This document shows, piece after piece, positions 27,001 to 40,307 of a stretch of DNA of 64,000 nt; within the stretch, counting starts at the first letter, position 1, and every line of letters begins with the position of its first letter. The DNA comes from the human T2T-CHM13v2.0 reference genome, Homo sapiens: NCBI RefSeq assembly GCF_009914755.1, contig NC_060926.1. One strand, written 5' to 3'. A model generated the notes under the pieces. That model made no database searches, was not told the DNA's origin, and saw only the letters and a list, made by a program, of their open reading frames with translations. The position numbers and the translations under genes are program-made.

Positions 27001-27802
27001 AGAACTTCTGCTGGAAATATAGAAACCTCAAAGAAGAATGTGGAAAGGACAAGAGAGGCAGTACTTTTGATTTAATTAGACACTTGAGAAGATATTAGAA
27101 ATTCAGAAATGGAATCAAGGTGAACTATCCTGGTGCCAGCCATCTTCCTGTCTCATCTCTGGCCCCAAGAATTCATTCTCCAAATGGATTTTACAAGTCG
27201 ATATTTCAATTCATATCCATCAATGATTGGTTTTGAGGCCTTGTAAAATAAAGCCTGTTAGCCTGACATCCAAGGTTCTGTCCCTACTAGATCCTGCTCT
27301 CTTTTCCAGCCATTCCTCAGAGCTTTGCTCTGGACTCTGCCATCCTAATTATCAAAAAGCCCTAACAGTGTGAGCTGCGTGGTATTTATGCCCGTGCATT
27401 TTTGCACTCGTGGTGCTATTTCATTGATGCCTCATCCTTATGTACGGTCTCCAGTACATGGAAGTCGAATTTGGCCTTTGTGCATTTTTATTCCATGCAT
27501 GTGGGTTAATGGTCCTCAGGTATGATGTTGTTTGTGGGAACTAATGGAGTAGAGATTGAATGGCTGAACACAGCCATCTTATTACCAGCCTCAGGCTAAT
27601 TACATTTATTTAAAACTTCATATCTCCGTGATATGGAGTTTTAATCCAGACTTGATATGAATGTTTTACTATTGACCAGCGTGCTAGAAGTTCTGATTCT
27701 ATGAAAAGTTACACACACAGTACTTTCCTCAAGCATTTATAATGCCAGAGGAAATGCACCTACACACCTGCATACACGTCTTGTACACAAACTCAGAGTA
27801 GC

Positions 27803-27960
27803 GTTCATTCATTCATTATTTCATTAACTCAATATTTAGTGACCAGCTACTTTGTTCTCAATCTCATTCTGGTGTTGTGAATGTAGCAGTCAATACAACA
27901 TGATAGATTAATGCCTACTCTTAAGAAGCTTTAATTTGACCAGAAGAATGAAAATGAGTA
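27803..27960 (-). mobile_element. L2 3' end
   Basis: (ttca)n tail followed by 'caatatttagtgaccagctactttg'. Confidence 0.55.
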
Positions 27961-29669
27961 ACAAATGAAAACACTTTTATAACATAATATAATATAATAC
28001 ATATAAGTATAGTATCTAGAAATCAGAAGACATAGATCTGGGAAGCTACTGAAGATTGCATTAACCCTGCACTTGCTCCAGCAAATGAGAACATAGCTTG
28101 TCCTCTAGGGTAGCCTTAAAAACCTTGCTAACTTCTTCAGTGCCCACTGTAATATTTCCTGTTTAACCTACATTCTTTCTGCTCCAATTTAAATCATTCC
28201 CTTGGGTAATTCCTTTTAGTACCTGAGATCTGAGAGATCCAAAGGGCATAGGGAGTCCTAGAAAGTTCAGGAAAAGTGTTGAAGAATGGGGCTTGTTCAA
28301 TTTAAGCTATAGTAGAATTTGGGAGTCTGAAGAAAGCAATTATACAGTTGGCAAAGTGCCAGCATGGTGGGGCCAGCACCTCCACAGCCATTCTCCAGCG
28401 TCTTCTACAAACATTTAATAATGATTGATTGCAATGTCTTTATTTACAGGTCTAATTTTATGCATGTGGTATTCTATTTAATTACAAGAATTACATTAAG
28501 AACAACTGCTAATCATCTGCTTCAGCTAATTTCAAAGAAAAAATGTCTAATAGTACTTTTACATTTTCTAATTAGGTAAGTATTATTAGTTTTAATTAAT
28601 GTCTTAATTAGATGCCATTATCTCCTGCTAGCACTGGTACATGCTTTCGAACCAGGTCTTGATTACTATCCTGATATGTGTTCTGTTATTCTATTATTAT
28701 TACTATTATTTTCAAAGAACAAGTGCCTGGTATCATTTTCTATTTAGAAAAAGCTTTTCTGCAGCAAAATAGTGCCATTTCTGAGCGACATTTTTGGATT
28801 GTGTTCTGCTGCTGCCCAGTCTCTCTGATGATGATGAAATGGGTACCAACAACATACTGTCCTTCTGATGAATGTGGTTGATTGGTGTCTCACTTCAGTC
28901 CTATCATCTATCAAATGTGACTTCTAGGAATAAGATGGCTAGAGAGCCAAAACTATGTTTCGCAGAACTTTTTAATGAGACATCCAAATTTGATTTAAAT
29001 TTGGCCTATCTGATACACTTGCAGTTATTTTTTTTTTCTGATGCATTTTGTAACAGGTGTGGTTCAGAGTCCTGGAACTGGCTTCCTGACTGGGGCATTA
29101 CGGTATCCCAAATGTAGTCATATCCAGATTGTATAAGCTTTTCTCATCATAGAATAGTCAGTGGTCACCTTGGCAGCCCAGGTTTGTTGTGTGGCTTTGG
29201 AAGTAATACTTAGACATTCAATTTACACTACTTTATTAATTTTCCTAACCCTCTGTAGGCAATGTTATACCCTATATTAAACCCCTTCCAACTTAAACTG
29301 ATTAGAATAGCATCTATCTCCTGGAAGTGAAGTGTTTCAAGGAAAAATTTAAATCCATTCATAGCATCCTTTCTTAGCTATTACAATAAGCAAGCTCTCT
29401 GGTGGTATAATTCTCACAAAGTTGTGATTATTAGTGCTTTCGAGTCTCTTGGGGTAGAGTTTATACGGTAACAATGGATTCCAAGAGACAAAAGTCATAA
29501 TCGTATAAGAAGAAAAAGTGGGTCATATGTGACTAGCTGGTAAGAAAACACTTTTATTCTGGGAATCATTTTTTGGAGGGATTTCTTCATACCACCACAT
29601 CATCAGCTAATTATTTAATCCATATTTGAGAAAGGTCAAAGTGCTAAGCAGTGATGCAATAAACACTTT

Positions 29670-32520
29670 TATTCTACTTTTTATTATACACTATTTCAGA
29701 CATATAAACAGCATAAATAGTATAAACCCCCAGATACCCATAGATAACATCCAAAATTTCAAGTTACCGCCAGTCTTGTTTTATTCTTACCACCACCCAC
29801 TTCTTCCAACTTTGGTTATTTGGAAGAAAACCTCAGATCACATTATTTTATCTGTAAACATATCAGCGTGAATTACTAGAAGCTAAGAAAGATTTTTCTT
29901 TTAAAATATCCATATTATCAGGATCAAATATATAAATAAACTAGCAATACATTTTTTAATATCAGCAGGGATTTAGATAGTATTTAAATTTCACTGGATA
30001 TATGTATTTTTAAGTTTGCTTATTTAAATTTGGGTTTCAAACGTATAGCAGTCGACTGATGTGTCTCTTAAGTTCCATTTGAATTATTGATCTATTGTTG
30101 ATCCCTTTTTACTTTTTCTTTGCAACTGTTTGTTAAAGAAACAAGATGTTTATCTTGCAAAGTTTCTAGTCTTCCTCCTAGTCTCATTTCACATGTTCTG
30201 TTTCTAGTATTCCTGTAGATTTGCTTTTACATTTTGTAGATCTTCTAGAGCTTTTGGCAAAATTGCTTCATAGGTGGGTTATATATTTTCTTCAGAAACA
30301 CACACTGTCTAGTTGACTTTCTTGGAAGTGATGTTGGCAGCTATTAATGATCACTATCAAGATTCATCAATTTGTTAGGAGTTAAAAATGACTCCTAACT
30401 TTTGTCACTCTTTTTCATATTAGTTTGAACACTTTAAAAGGAAAAACTCTATCCATTATTTGGATATCTTGGATATCTTGAAGTACAGTACATGTTGGAA
30501 AGGAAGAGTATGGTATTTTATTTCTTTATATACCAACTTTTTAAACTTACAATATATTTTCCTGGTATCCTCTGAAGGAATTCCTGGATTTAATTACACT
30601 GAATGTGCATCAGTTCTCTCTAGTATTTATCATCATTGATGCTAAAGTAGTCTCATATATAGTCAGTGGTATTCTTTTTAAAATTTATAATTGAGATATG
30701 TTAATAAAATGTTATTAGTCTCTGATAACTTTCTTGTTATCTAGTCAAACTAGAGCTTCTGAATTCATCTTTTACTTTTTCAACTCAGCCATTTCTGCAA
30801 GGAGTTTTGGTTCCTTTTAGTAGAAAATGACATTTAAGAACACACATTGTGTGCTAGAGTTGTTCATTTTCTCTGGCTTGGTATTTCTTCATAGACTGTT
30901 TTGTGAAATAGCTAGAAAATATGTATTTCTTTTTAGAGATAAAATGCTCACAGGGTCATTTTGGTGCTTCCAATTCAAATTCAGGACTATATTGTCTTTA
31001 CTTAGCTTTGGTGAACTCATTTCTTTTTTTTTTTTTTTAATCTTGATCCTTAAGGATGCAAGAAAATTAGTCATTGCTTTATCCCGTATTACATACTCAA
31101 TGGTCTGAGGATAATAATGCCAGCATCACCTTCAACATTATGACTCAGCAAATAAAATAGTTGGAGTTGTTTTATTTTATTTTACAATTCTCTTTTTCTT
31201 TGTGGGATAATCCACTAGTAAGATGGGGATATTATTGCGTTTCACATACTTTGAAATAATTCTTCTTCATTTAATAATATCATCAACTTGATACACATGT
31301 AAATGTCTTTGTCTTCATCATCTTATTCATTGGGATGTTATTTTACTTTATAAGTATCTAAAATATTGACATGCTTACAAAGTCAAATCTATAAAACGCT
31401 ATATATTCGGGACAGTCCAGCTTCCATTCCTGTCTCTTCTACCCTTTTGTCTTCTTGCTCACAAAGGTAGCTTTCTGTTCAATTTTATGGTTTATGCTTT
31501 CATTGTTTTTCTTATAAACAATGTGTGTGTGCTTGTATATGGTGTGTACATACAAAAATAAACATTAGTTAACTATTTTATATATTTATAGTAAAGAATA
31601 AATTTTTCTCCACTTTGCTGTCTTTTCCCTTATATTCAGGACCTTACTCACAATAACATACAGAAGCATTCCCCATTACTTTTTATAGCTATCTCTACTC
31701 CTTTTTGTAGATAGAGCTATCAGAATTTATTCAGTCTCTTAAGTGTGGACATTTGGGTTGTTTCAATCTTTTGCTAATACAAATAAGCTACATGTGCACA
31801 CATTCCTTTTGCATATGTCTTGCAATAGATTTTTTTTTTTTTTTGAGACGCAGTCTCCCTCTGTCGCCCAGGCTAGAGTGCATACGCGCGATCTCGGCTC
31901 ACTGCAAGCTCCACCTCCCGGGTTCACGCCATTCTCCTGCCTCAGCCTCCTGAGTAGCTGGGACTACAGGCGCCTGCCACCACGCCCGGCTAATTTTTTT
32001 GTATTTTTGTAGAGACGGGGTTTCACCGTGTTAGCCAGGATGGTCTCGATCTCCTGACCTCATGATCCGCCCACCTCAGCCTCCCAAAGTGCTGGGATTA
32101 CAGGCGTGAGCCAACACGCCCGGCCCCAGTAGATTCATAGAATGTGAATTGCTGAAATTAAAGGGTAAATGCTTATGTAAGTTTGATACATATTGCAACA
32201 TTCCACTCCCTAGGTATTATATCATTTTTACATTTCCACAGACACTATTTCCCCATAGTCTCCACAACAGTGCATATTGTCAACTTTTGGATTTTGCCAG
32301 TGTGTTAGATAAGAAATGATATATTACTGCATTTCAAGTTTTCCTTTATCTCATTATATTCCAGTTTGAGAACCTTTTCATATGATTAAAGGAAATTGGC
32401 CTTTCTTTTTCTGCAAAATATGTGTTCATATCTCTAACCCATTTTCTATAGATAAATTAGTATATTTTATCATATTCCTCTCTTTTTAGAAGTTTTTTTT
32501 GGATATTAGGCATATCAATA
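29670..32520 (-). mobile_element. Old L1 3' fragments (L1MC/L1ME type)
   Basis: T-rich decayed L1 antisense sequence, e.g. 'tggacatttgggttgtttcaatcttttgcta' and 'gaattgctgaaattaaagggtaaatgc'. Probably more than one element. Confidence 0.65.
31830..32125 (-). mobile_element. AluY
   Basis: CpG-rich, with 'gcaagctccacctcccgggttcacgccattctc'. TSD ca[a/g]tagatt. Confidence 0.95.
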
Positions 32521-33130
32521 CTTTGTCAGTGATATGTCATAAATCACATTAAAGTTTCATTGTCACATTAAAGTCACCATTATCAATGCTACTGAGGAGA
32601 AAAGAAAGGCAAACATTAATGAACATTCGTTTGCCAGAATATAAGCTAAGCTACTGTTCAAAAGTGAAAAAGGGCAAATATAAAGATTTGAACTTTCTTG
32701 CCTATTTAAAATTACAAATCAAGGAATGTACAGTCTTCCAAGTAAAAGGACAGAAATTCTAAAGGGACAGTCCCAATTTCTACAGTTTATAGTTTATGAG
32801 ATTCTCGAAGAATTGACATAATGTTGTGCAGTGTTTTCTCCACTTTTCATTGGAAGATAAAATTATGGGGAGGGGAGCAGGTAATCATCGGGAAGGCAAT
32901 AAAGTGCTTGCAGGAAGAGAGAATAATTGCAAAATACAAAAGTATCTATAGGTCTGACAAATGACCTGTGTAACAGCAGTGCAGAGAAACAGAACAGGTA
33001 AAATGCTATTTACCCTCAAGCAAGTAGTCATAAATGCACCTGATGTTTCCAGGCTTATTAATACAGACAGGGTTATAAAAGTTAGATAGAAATTTTTTGT
33101 GAAAACTGGGAAGACAAAACTCCATTAAGT

Positions 33131-33415
33131 TGTTTTTTTTTAACCTTTGAGACAGGATTAAGTGGCGTGCACTCCAACTTAGGAGTCCTTGACCTCGTAA
33201 GCTAAAGCAATCCTCCCATCTCAGGCTCCCACGTAGCTGGGACCACAGGCTTAGGCCACCACAACCAGCTTATCTTTTCTGCTTTTATTTTGTAGAGATG
33301 GAGTGGAGACTTGCTTTGTTGCCAAGGCTAGTCTGGACCTCCTGGCTTTAAGTGATTCTCCTACGTTGGCCTCCTAAAGCGTTGGGATTACAGGCATAAG
33401 CCACTGCACCGAGCC
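33131..33415 (-). mobile_element. AluJ
   Basis: Diverged Alu with J-type 'aagcaatcctcccatctcag..gggaccacagg'. TSD-like tccattaagtt / tccattagatt. Confidence 0.8.
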
Positions 33416-35049
33416 CTTCCATTAGATTTTTAATTATTGTTTTGAAAACATCTTGCTCTTATTTTAGTGATCTTAGTATTTTATATAATTTTTACCTCTT
33501 GCTTTATCAAATATTAGAGAGAAAAAACTCCAGCATTCTGGGCTACCTGAGGAAGTATCCGTAATGTTTTTGGTTAGCCTGGATACTATTACAGTGGAAT
33601 CAAATGCTCTTTGAGATTGAGAACGGCTGCCCTTTCCCAGATGTAATATGTCTTTTTAATGGAAGTCTATTCTACTTCCATTAAAAGCATCTTCTCAAGT
33701 GCTTCCAATTGCATTTTCCTGTAAATGCCGGATGCCAACATATACAAGTACATTGACTGTATAAGTTAGAGAACCACAAAATTTTTTTTCTTCAAATATG
33801 GAACTTGAAGTCTTCTACTCCCACTTTGTAACTGCTGATCAAAAATAAATAAATAAGTAAGCTCCACAGGTACATTATGTGGCCCTAGTCACAGTACTAG
33901 TCATTGGAATAGCAAAGACATAATTCAGCTTTCTCAGTTCCAGTTTCTTGTGATTTTGTCCTCTGCCAAGCTGCTTCTCCTAAACAATGTCAATTATAAT
34001 CAGACAACATATGCAATATATCAGCCTTTTGCTCAGATCTAATACCTGTCAGATAATATTAGTATAGTTAATGTGGACTATTGATAATTTTGTATTAAGC
34101 TTTGAAGTTTAGTAATACAAGCTCCTGTATTTTAGTGGTGGGGTTGGGAGGGATAAATCTTTGATAATTAATCCCTGCTGGACCTAGAATTAAAAACCCA
34201 AGCTTAGAAAACTCCAAATCTCTACCCACCTGCAACTTCATCACTGAAGTTGAATGTTTTCTTTTAATCTCGAGGCTCAAGGACAACAGAGGGAAGGACA
34301 TGGGCAGAAGTAGTAACCATGGCAATTGTGAGCCATCTCTGACCAAAAGAACTCTACAATTGGACAATGTGACATGAGCTGTCATTGTGAGTTCCTACAC
34401 AGACCGTTGTATTCATCTGTCTTCATTAGTGGTTCTTAACACATAAAAATAATTTTGAGAAATGCCACAGCTAACTTAAAAGACAGAACTAAACATCAGC
34501 TTTTCACTAGTCAAGGCTTCAAAAAGATCATTTCGATGTCTTGATAATGGCCGTGTGCATGAAGGTGACATATGAGTTTTAAGTTGTTTTCACATCACTG
34601 TAGATGTTCTTGCATCCAACACCACACACTCTGTTGGCTCCTATGAGATAAATGGTGAGGGTCTGACCACAGCTCTGACACAGTACAAAATTCAGTGGCT
34701 CTCTGAAGTATGCTGCCCAGAGCTTTGCTTTACCAGTGATGATGTCCTAACCCACTGCTAACAAACACCTACAAAATAACATTTTTAGCCAAACTGGCCT
34801 AAAATCAGAAGCGGAATTCTATTCTTAATATTGTGTCCACCTGCTGTTTCTCTTATAAACTATGATTAGCATGGTGAGTAGGAATATATTGATCATAACT
34901 GAATGGTTCAATTTGATGTGGGTTGTGGTGAAATTTTTGCAATGATTTTATATCCCACATACTAGGATTTCAACATGTTGATAACACGTTGGCTAGTGTG
35001 CAGGCCTAAGGTCATGTGGACTTGGTTGCAGATGGAGACTTCTTATACT

Positions 35050-35475
35050 ATCAGGAAATTAGCCTCACCCCTCAGAATTTTAGTTTCCCTATCTCTAAAA
35101 TCGATGCAGTTTCCTCTTTCTGAAATCATTTTCTCTCTTCTATCCACTTGGTTTACTGTCTCAGCTTCTTCAGTTCTCAGCTCACACATCACAGTATCAA
35201 GGTTTTTGCAACCTTCCTGCTCAGAACACTTAGCCTTCATATGGCAAACTCTACTTCCCTTCCCTGATTTGTTTTCAATATCACTTATCATCTGACATAT
35301 TATGCATTCACTTGTTTATTGCACAACTCCTAGCTAGGATGTTGATTGTGTTGATGTGATTGATTGCGTGAAGAAAAGACTTTTGTCTGTCTTGATCACT
35401 GCTTTTATCTTTCAGCATTTAAAACGGTCCATGTGATGTAGCAGCTTATTCAATACATTGTAGAAAGAATTGAAT
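35050..35475 (+). mobile_element. L2 3' fragment
   Basis: 'tcttcagttctcagctcacacatcac...ttattcaatacattgtagaaagaattgaat'. Confidence 0.6.
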
Positions 35476-35646
35476 ACAATTATATAAAATAAGATAATTT
35501 CCATCTTAAAAGGATGCTGAGAAGACTATGAAATAATTTATTCACCAAATATCAAGCACAAATGTTTGTGTGTGTAAGAATCAACACAGCTACTGGGGAC
35601 ACAGAGGTGAATTATGTGAATTTGGCCCTAGCCTTCACATATATAC

Positions 35647-35647
<1 letters not shown>

Positions 35648-35687
<40 letters not shown>

Positions 35688-35763
35688 CATATATATATAG
35701 CATACATATATACACATATATATACATATATACATATATGCACATATATATACATATATACAT

Positions 35764-35790
<27 letters not shown>
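35648..35790. repeat. Compound (TG)n + (TA/TACA)n microsatellite
   Basis: About 16 TG units (35648-35680) followed by an alternating TA/CA tract next to an Alu tail. Confidence 0.95.
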
Positions 35791-35791
<1 letters not shown>

Positions 35792-35798
<7 letters not shown>

Positions 35799-36089
35799 TG
35801 AGACAGGGTTTCACTCTTGTCACCCAGGCTGGAGTGCAATGGCACGATCTCAGCTCACTGCAACCTCTGCCTCCTGGGTTCAAGCAATTCTCTTGCCTCA
35901 GCCCTCAGCCTCCCGAGTAGCTGGGACTACAGATGCATGCCACCACGCCCAGCTAATTTTTGTATTTTTAGTAGAGACAAGGTTTCACCAAGTTGGACAG
36001 GGTGGTCTTGAACTCCTGACCTCAGGTGATCCACCTGCCTTGGCCTCCCAATTTGTTGGGATTACAGGCGTAAGCCACCGTGCCCAGCG
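35792..36089 (-). mobile_element. AluS (Sx/Sq-like)
   Basis: 'ctcctgacctcaggtgatcc', with a small internal duplication cctcagccctcagcc. Confidence 0.9.
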
Positions 36090-36631
36090 ATTGGTCATAC
36101 ATTTTAACAGATACAATGAGATATTAAAATACAAACTGTACAGTAAGTTAATTAACTTTGAAACTACCACAAGGGGGCAAGTACATGGTAAAATGGCAGT
36201 GTACAGCAGGAAAACATTAACAGTCTAGGGTCAGGAAGGCCTACCTAGAGATGTAATATTTTAACTTGAGACATATAGAATAAGTGAGGATCATTTCTGG
36301 GATTGGGAACCATTCCTCCATGCCACACAGGGAATAGCATGGCATGTGTAAAGGCATTGAGTAGAAACAAATGTGTTATTTTGGTGACCTGAAAGAAAAC
36401 CAACATGTCTGGAATAAAGAGAATGAGGACAGCTGTGTCTTGCAGTGAGGCTGAAGAGAAATAGGCTGGATGGCATCCATTACAATACCTGGTGCACAGT
36501 GGCTGCTCAGTAAGTGGTAGACTTAAAATAATCAGTGCACATATGGAATACGTTCTTGCTTCATAAATTTAGAAGAAAGTGGCGATGACACAATCTCTAT
36601 GGTGGCCATAGAATATGACAAAAATGACCAC

Positions 36632-37120
36632 TGTATGTGCCTGGGTCTCGTCAGAAGAAAGAAACCAATCTAAATACTTGGAACAGAATAAATTTAATGC
36701 AGAAAATTGGTCATATGGTGATGGAAAACCAGAGAAAGCAAATAGGGTCTTAGCAATGACCCAAACAGGAAACTACTGCACCCCAAAATGGAGGAAGCAG
36801 AAGAGCAGACAGTGTTGTTGGAAACTGGGAGCAAGGGCCAGCTAGTGGAAGCTGGACTTCAACGTGATTGGAGCAAGCCCTGGGACATACTAGAGGACAG
36901 ACGAGCTCTTCTCCAGATGACACAAGCTGAGGCAGAGAGGGAAGGAAACATGCTCCCATAAGATGGCCCTTCTCCAGACTTCAAATCATCCGTTAGTACC
37001 TACCGTTGGCTGAATCTCATGGCGAGCCAGTTGGCAAAGGATCTTGGGAAATGTAGTTTCTGTAATAGAGAACAGAAGAGCAGAAAGACAAGGAATTGAG
37101 CACAGGGAATGGGGCACAGA
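36632..37120 (-). mobile_element. Old MaLR LTR (MLT1M/N-like)
   Basis: 'aaatttaatgcagaaaattggtca...gccagttggcaaaggatcttgggaaatgtagttt'. Confidence 0.65.
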
Positions 37121-39539
37121 GAAGTCTGCAAATAACCCCTACAAAATCCCTTTTTGATGGTAATAGGGATGCTAATTCTAGATTCCTGCTCATCAGAAGC
37201 TGTAACTACACTTTATAGGCTGCACTCCATGTCTAAAGCAGTTATGGAATATCTGTAAAATATCTGTTTCTAATGCAATGGTATATAAATATGATATAAA
37301 ATGCAATGATATATGTATTAATAAACCATGTTGAAGAATCTCTTTGATATCCCCTAATTAAAATGTAAAGTCCTAGGTTTTTTTAAACTTCTCTTTATTT
37401 TAAAGTGATCTTATTTAAGTCAACTGATAAGGAAAATTGAAAGCTCAGAACAATAGCAGAAAGAAAAAAAAATATTTTTCCCATCATCCCAGTATCTGTG
37501 GATAGCTACTATTAACATGTTGTTGTAGAGAAGATACTTAAAATTTTAAAATTAACATAATTTTAACTACTTGGATAAAATAACAAAATTAGCTTGATTT
37601 GGTAGCTGCAATTTTCCTAGGATGTGAATTAGAATTAAGCTGCCATATGGGAAAACAATTTTCTGTCCTGGACACTGGCCAATACCCCAACATGCTTATT
37701 TCAATATGAGAATGTGTTTTTGGTCCATTCAGTGTCAGAAACAGAGTAATTATAAATGTGTGAGGGAAAAGCCTTATTTCTTTTTTGAAAATACAGTGAC
37801 TTAGCGAGTGATACAGTATGAATGAAAGTTTTGAAGTTGGTTCATGGTGTATAAAGAGAAACAAAGTAAACAAAGCTCTTAATGGAAATACATACTTGGG
37901 ACCAAACAACAGCCTATCTAAATGTTTTTTTTTTGGTATTCATTTGGAAATTAATCAGATAATAATCCTCATGTATATGAAGGTCTGATCCATTTTTAAT
38001 ATCTTTTTACAATTATTTTTATTTGCTAATTTTACATATTTGGGGTAATATTAAGTATAGTTTTGTATTTATATTAACGTGGTAGTAAATATTATATTCC
38101 TTTCTAAATCGGCAATATTGTTTTTTTAAATAACGTTTTCTCCCTTAGGTCTTTAGATTATAGACACTTAAAATGAATGGTTTCAGATCAATTTTGAGAA
38201 TGGGCAACAGGACCAAATTTTTTTCTACTTGAAATGGAAAACAAAAAATCTTGCTGAAGGCTAAGCTATCTTTTTAGCTAAGTGAGAAAACATTTCACAG
38301 AGTATTTACTGAAAACAATAAGTCCCTAGTAGGCATGAGTCAATACATATCAAGTCAAAAGTAAACTATTACTTGGAAGTCAATGTACTTTACTGAACAT
38401 ATGGAGAATTTACATTGAAACAGGCACTGGCATTTCAAACCCAGACTTTCCCCCCCACTTTGGTGGTATAATGTACAGCAACTCAAGCAAAATCATGTGT
38501 CTAACTATATCACGCAGGAAAGTTGCATTTAGCCAACTTCCAAGAAAATACTTGGTTTTATTTACTCAAAAAACCTTCCTGGATGTTCAGTCCAACAGCA
38601 CACTTCGGAGCATCCTGTCTTTCTCGCCTGAACTTGCAGTGGTCTTGGAGAGGATCACCGTTATGGGCACAGAGTTTGGAGCCACACACCTGGATACCAC
38701 ACTCCACTTTAACGGTGGCTAGTTCTGTAATCTTAGGGAAATTAGGTAACTTCTTTGAGCTCAGGTCTTTCTTCTTCTGCCTCTTGCCCCCGCACAGATA
38801 GTAACTACTCAAGGAACTTTACCTTACACTTTTTATTAACTAAATATTTTCAGATATGTCCACTTTATGAGAAGGAAATATCTGATAGCTGAGTGACAGA
38901 AGTCACTCTTACCTCACAAAGCTGGCTTCTCCTTGACACTTGGACCTGACTCTATGCACAGTCATCCTTAACCTACAGTCTTGCTGGAAGGTATCTGAAC
39001 TTGGATGTATTTCCTGGCTGTTTTCTGAACAGAGGCTGTACAAGAGGGCTGTTACACAGCAATGACAGAAAAGAAGCTTCCTGAGAGACCAATAGACCTG
39101 ATTGGCCAGTCAGGAACTTGACATCACCAGAGCTAATATTGATTACATTTCGATCTTATATCTCGTTTTAAGATTGAATATAACCCATTTTTATTTTACG
39201 AATGAGAGGGTTTTTTTTTACTTTTGTTATTTGGAAATGGAAAGGGAGACAAATCACATTCCCCAGGCAAGATGATATTCTGTATTACCCCAGAGTTGGG
39301 ATCCATTTCCAAGGATCGTTAGTCGGCTAAGCAGCCTTGATGCCCCAGGATGGGGACTTTCACACAAGACAGGTGGTGAAGCCAGGGCACCATGCTGCTA
39401 GCTCATGCACCGTACCCTTCAAGGGGCCAGCAGAAAAAGAGAAAGAGAGTATCAGTGAGTGATGCAGGATGTGTTGCATTCTTCAAGAAAGGACCAAGAA
39501 GAGTTCTTTATACTACTTTAGAGTTCTTTATACTATGTC

Positions 39540-39785
39540 ATTCTTGGATAATTTCTTTTCATCTTTTGTTAGTCAACAATTGTATTTGGAAGACAGGATC
39601 ATAGGAAAAAATCTAGATATGCTAAATCATAGGCTGCAATAATCTCCTCAACCACTTGTCTTGTTTAATCTGGAACTTCAACTGACTTGTCTTAAAAAGT
39701 CATCAAAGAAAATCTTTCTTAGTCACAATTACCTTCTTCTCTAACATGAGTGACCTGAAATTAATCAGTGGCATAGACTGTGAGA
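39540..39785 (+). repeat. Local duplication, copy 1
   Basis: Aligns by eye to 41289-41528; 39657-39695 is identical to 41406-41444. Confidence 0.95.
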
Positions 39786-40307
39786 AGAACCAGTGGCATA
39801 GACAATGGAAGCACAGGAGGGGGACTGCTTACTTAAGGTGGTGGGGATCAAGAATGATTTCATGAAAGTTCTTGGCCTGGTTTGTAGCAGAGTACATGGA
39901 GTCTCTAAAGGCAGAGATGGAAGAGAGTAATACCATAGTAACCAACATCAAGGGTGTGGCCTGGTGGCTTGGTGGGAATGGTAGATAATACCATGTCACT
40001 GAGTTAAGATGAAGAAAACAATAGTTCATAAAACTGAAGAAACATTTTTGACAGAAAAAAAAGCCTAAAAGGCTCTGATGATGCATTAGAATTTACTATC
40101 AAATGGTAGACCTTGGATTTCTTGTTTTTGTGTGTTTGATTTGAAATTGTGTGCCTGTGTGTGTGTGCATGTGTATACATGGCATAAATTCTATAATCTG
40201 AATTATTTGAGGAAGACAACCTTGGCAATAGTGTAAGTAACTGTCTGAAGAAGGAGAAAAAAAGAGACAGATATTGATTATGAGGCTGTTAAAATATTTT
40301 TGGCTAC

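Noticed and set aside
35562-36228. Several long overlapping ORFs
   Set aside because: They are produced by the TG/TA microsatellite and an antisense Alu.
38900-39030. Minus-strand donor (GAG|GTAAGA near 38912) with a possible acceptor near 39025
   Set aside because: The acceptor is weak and there is no recognisable reading frame; support is too thin.
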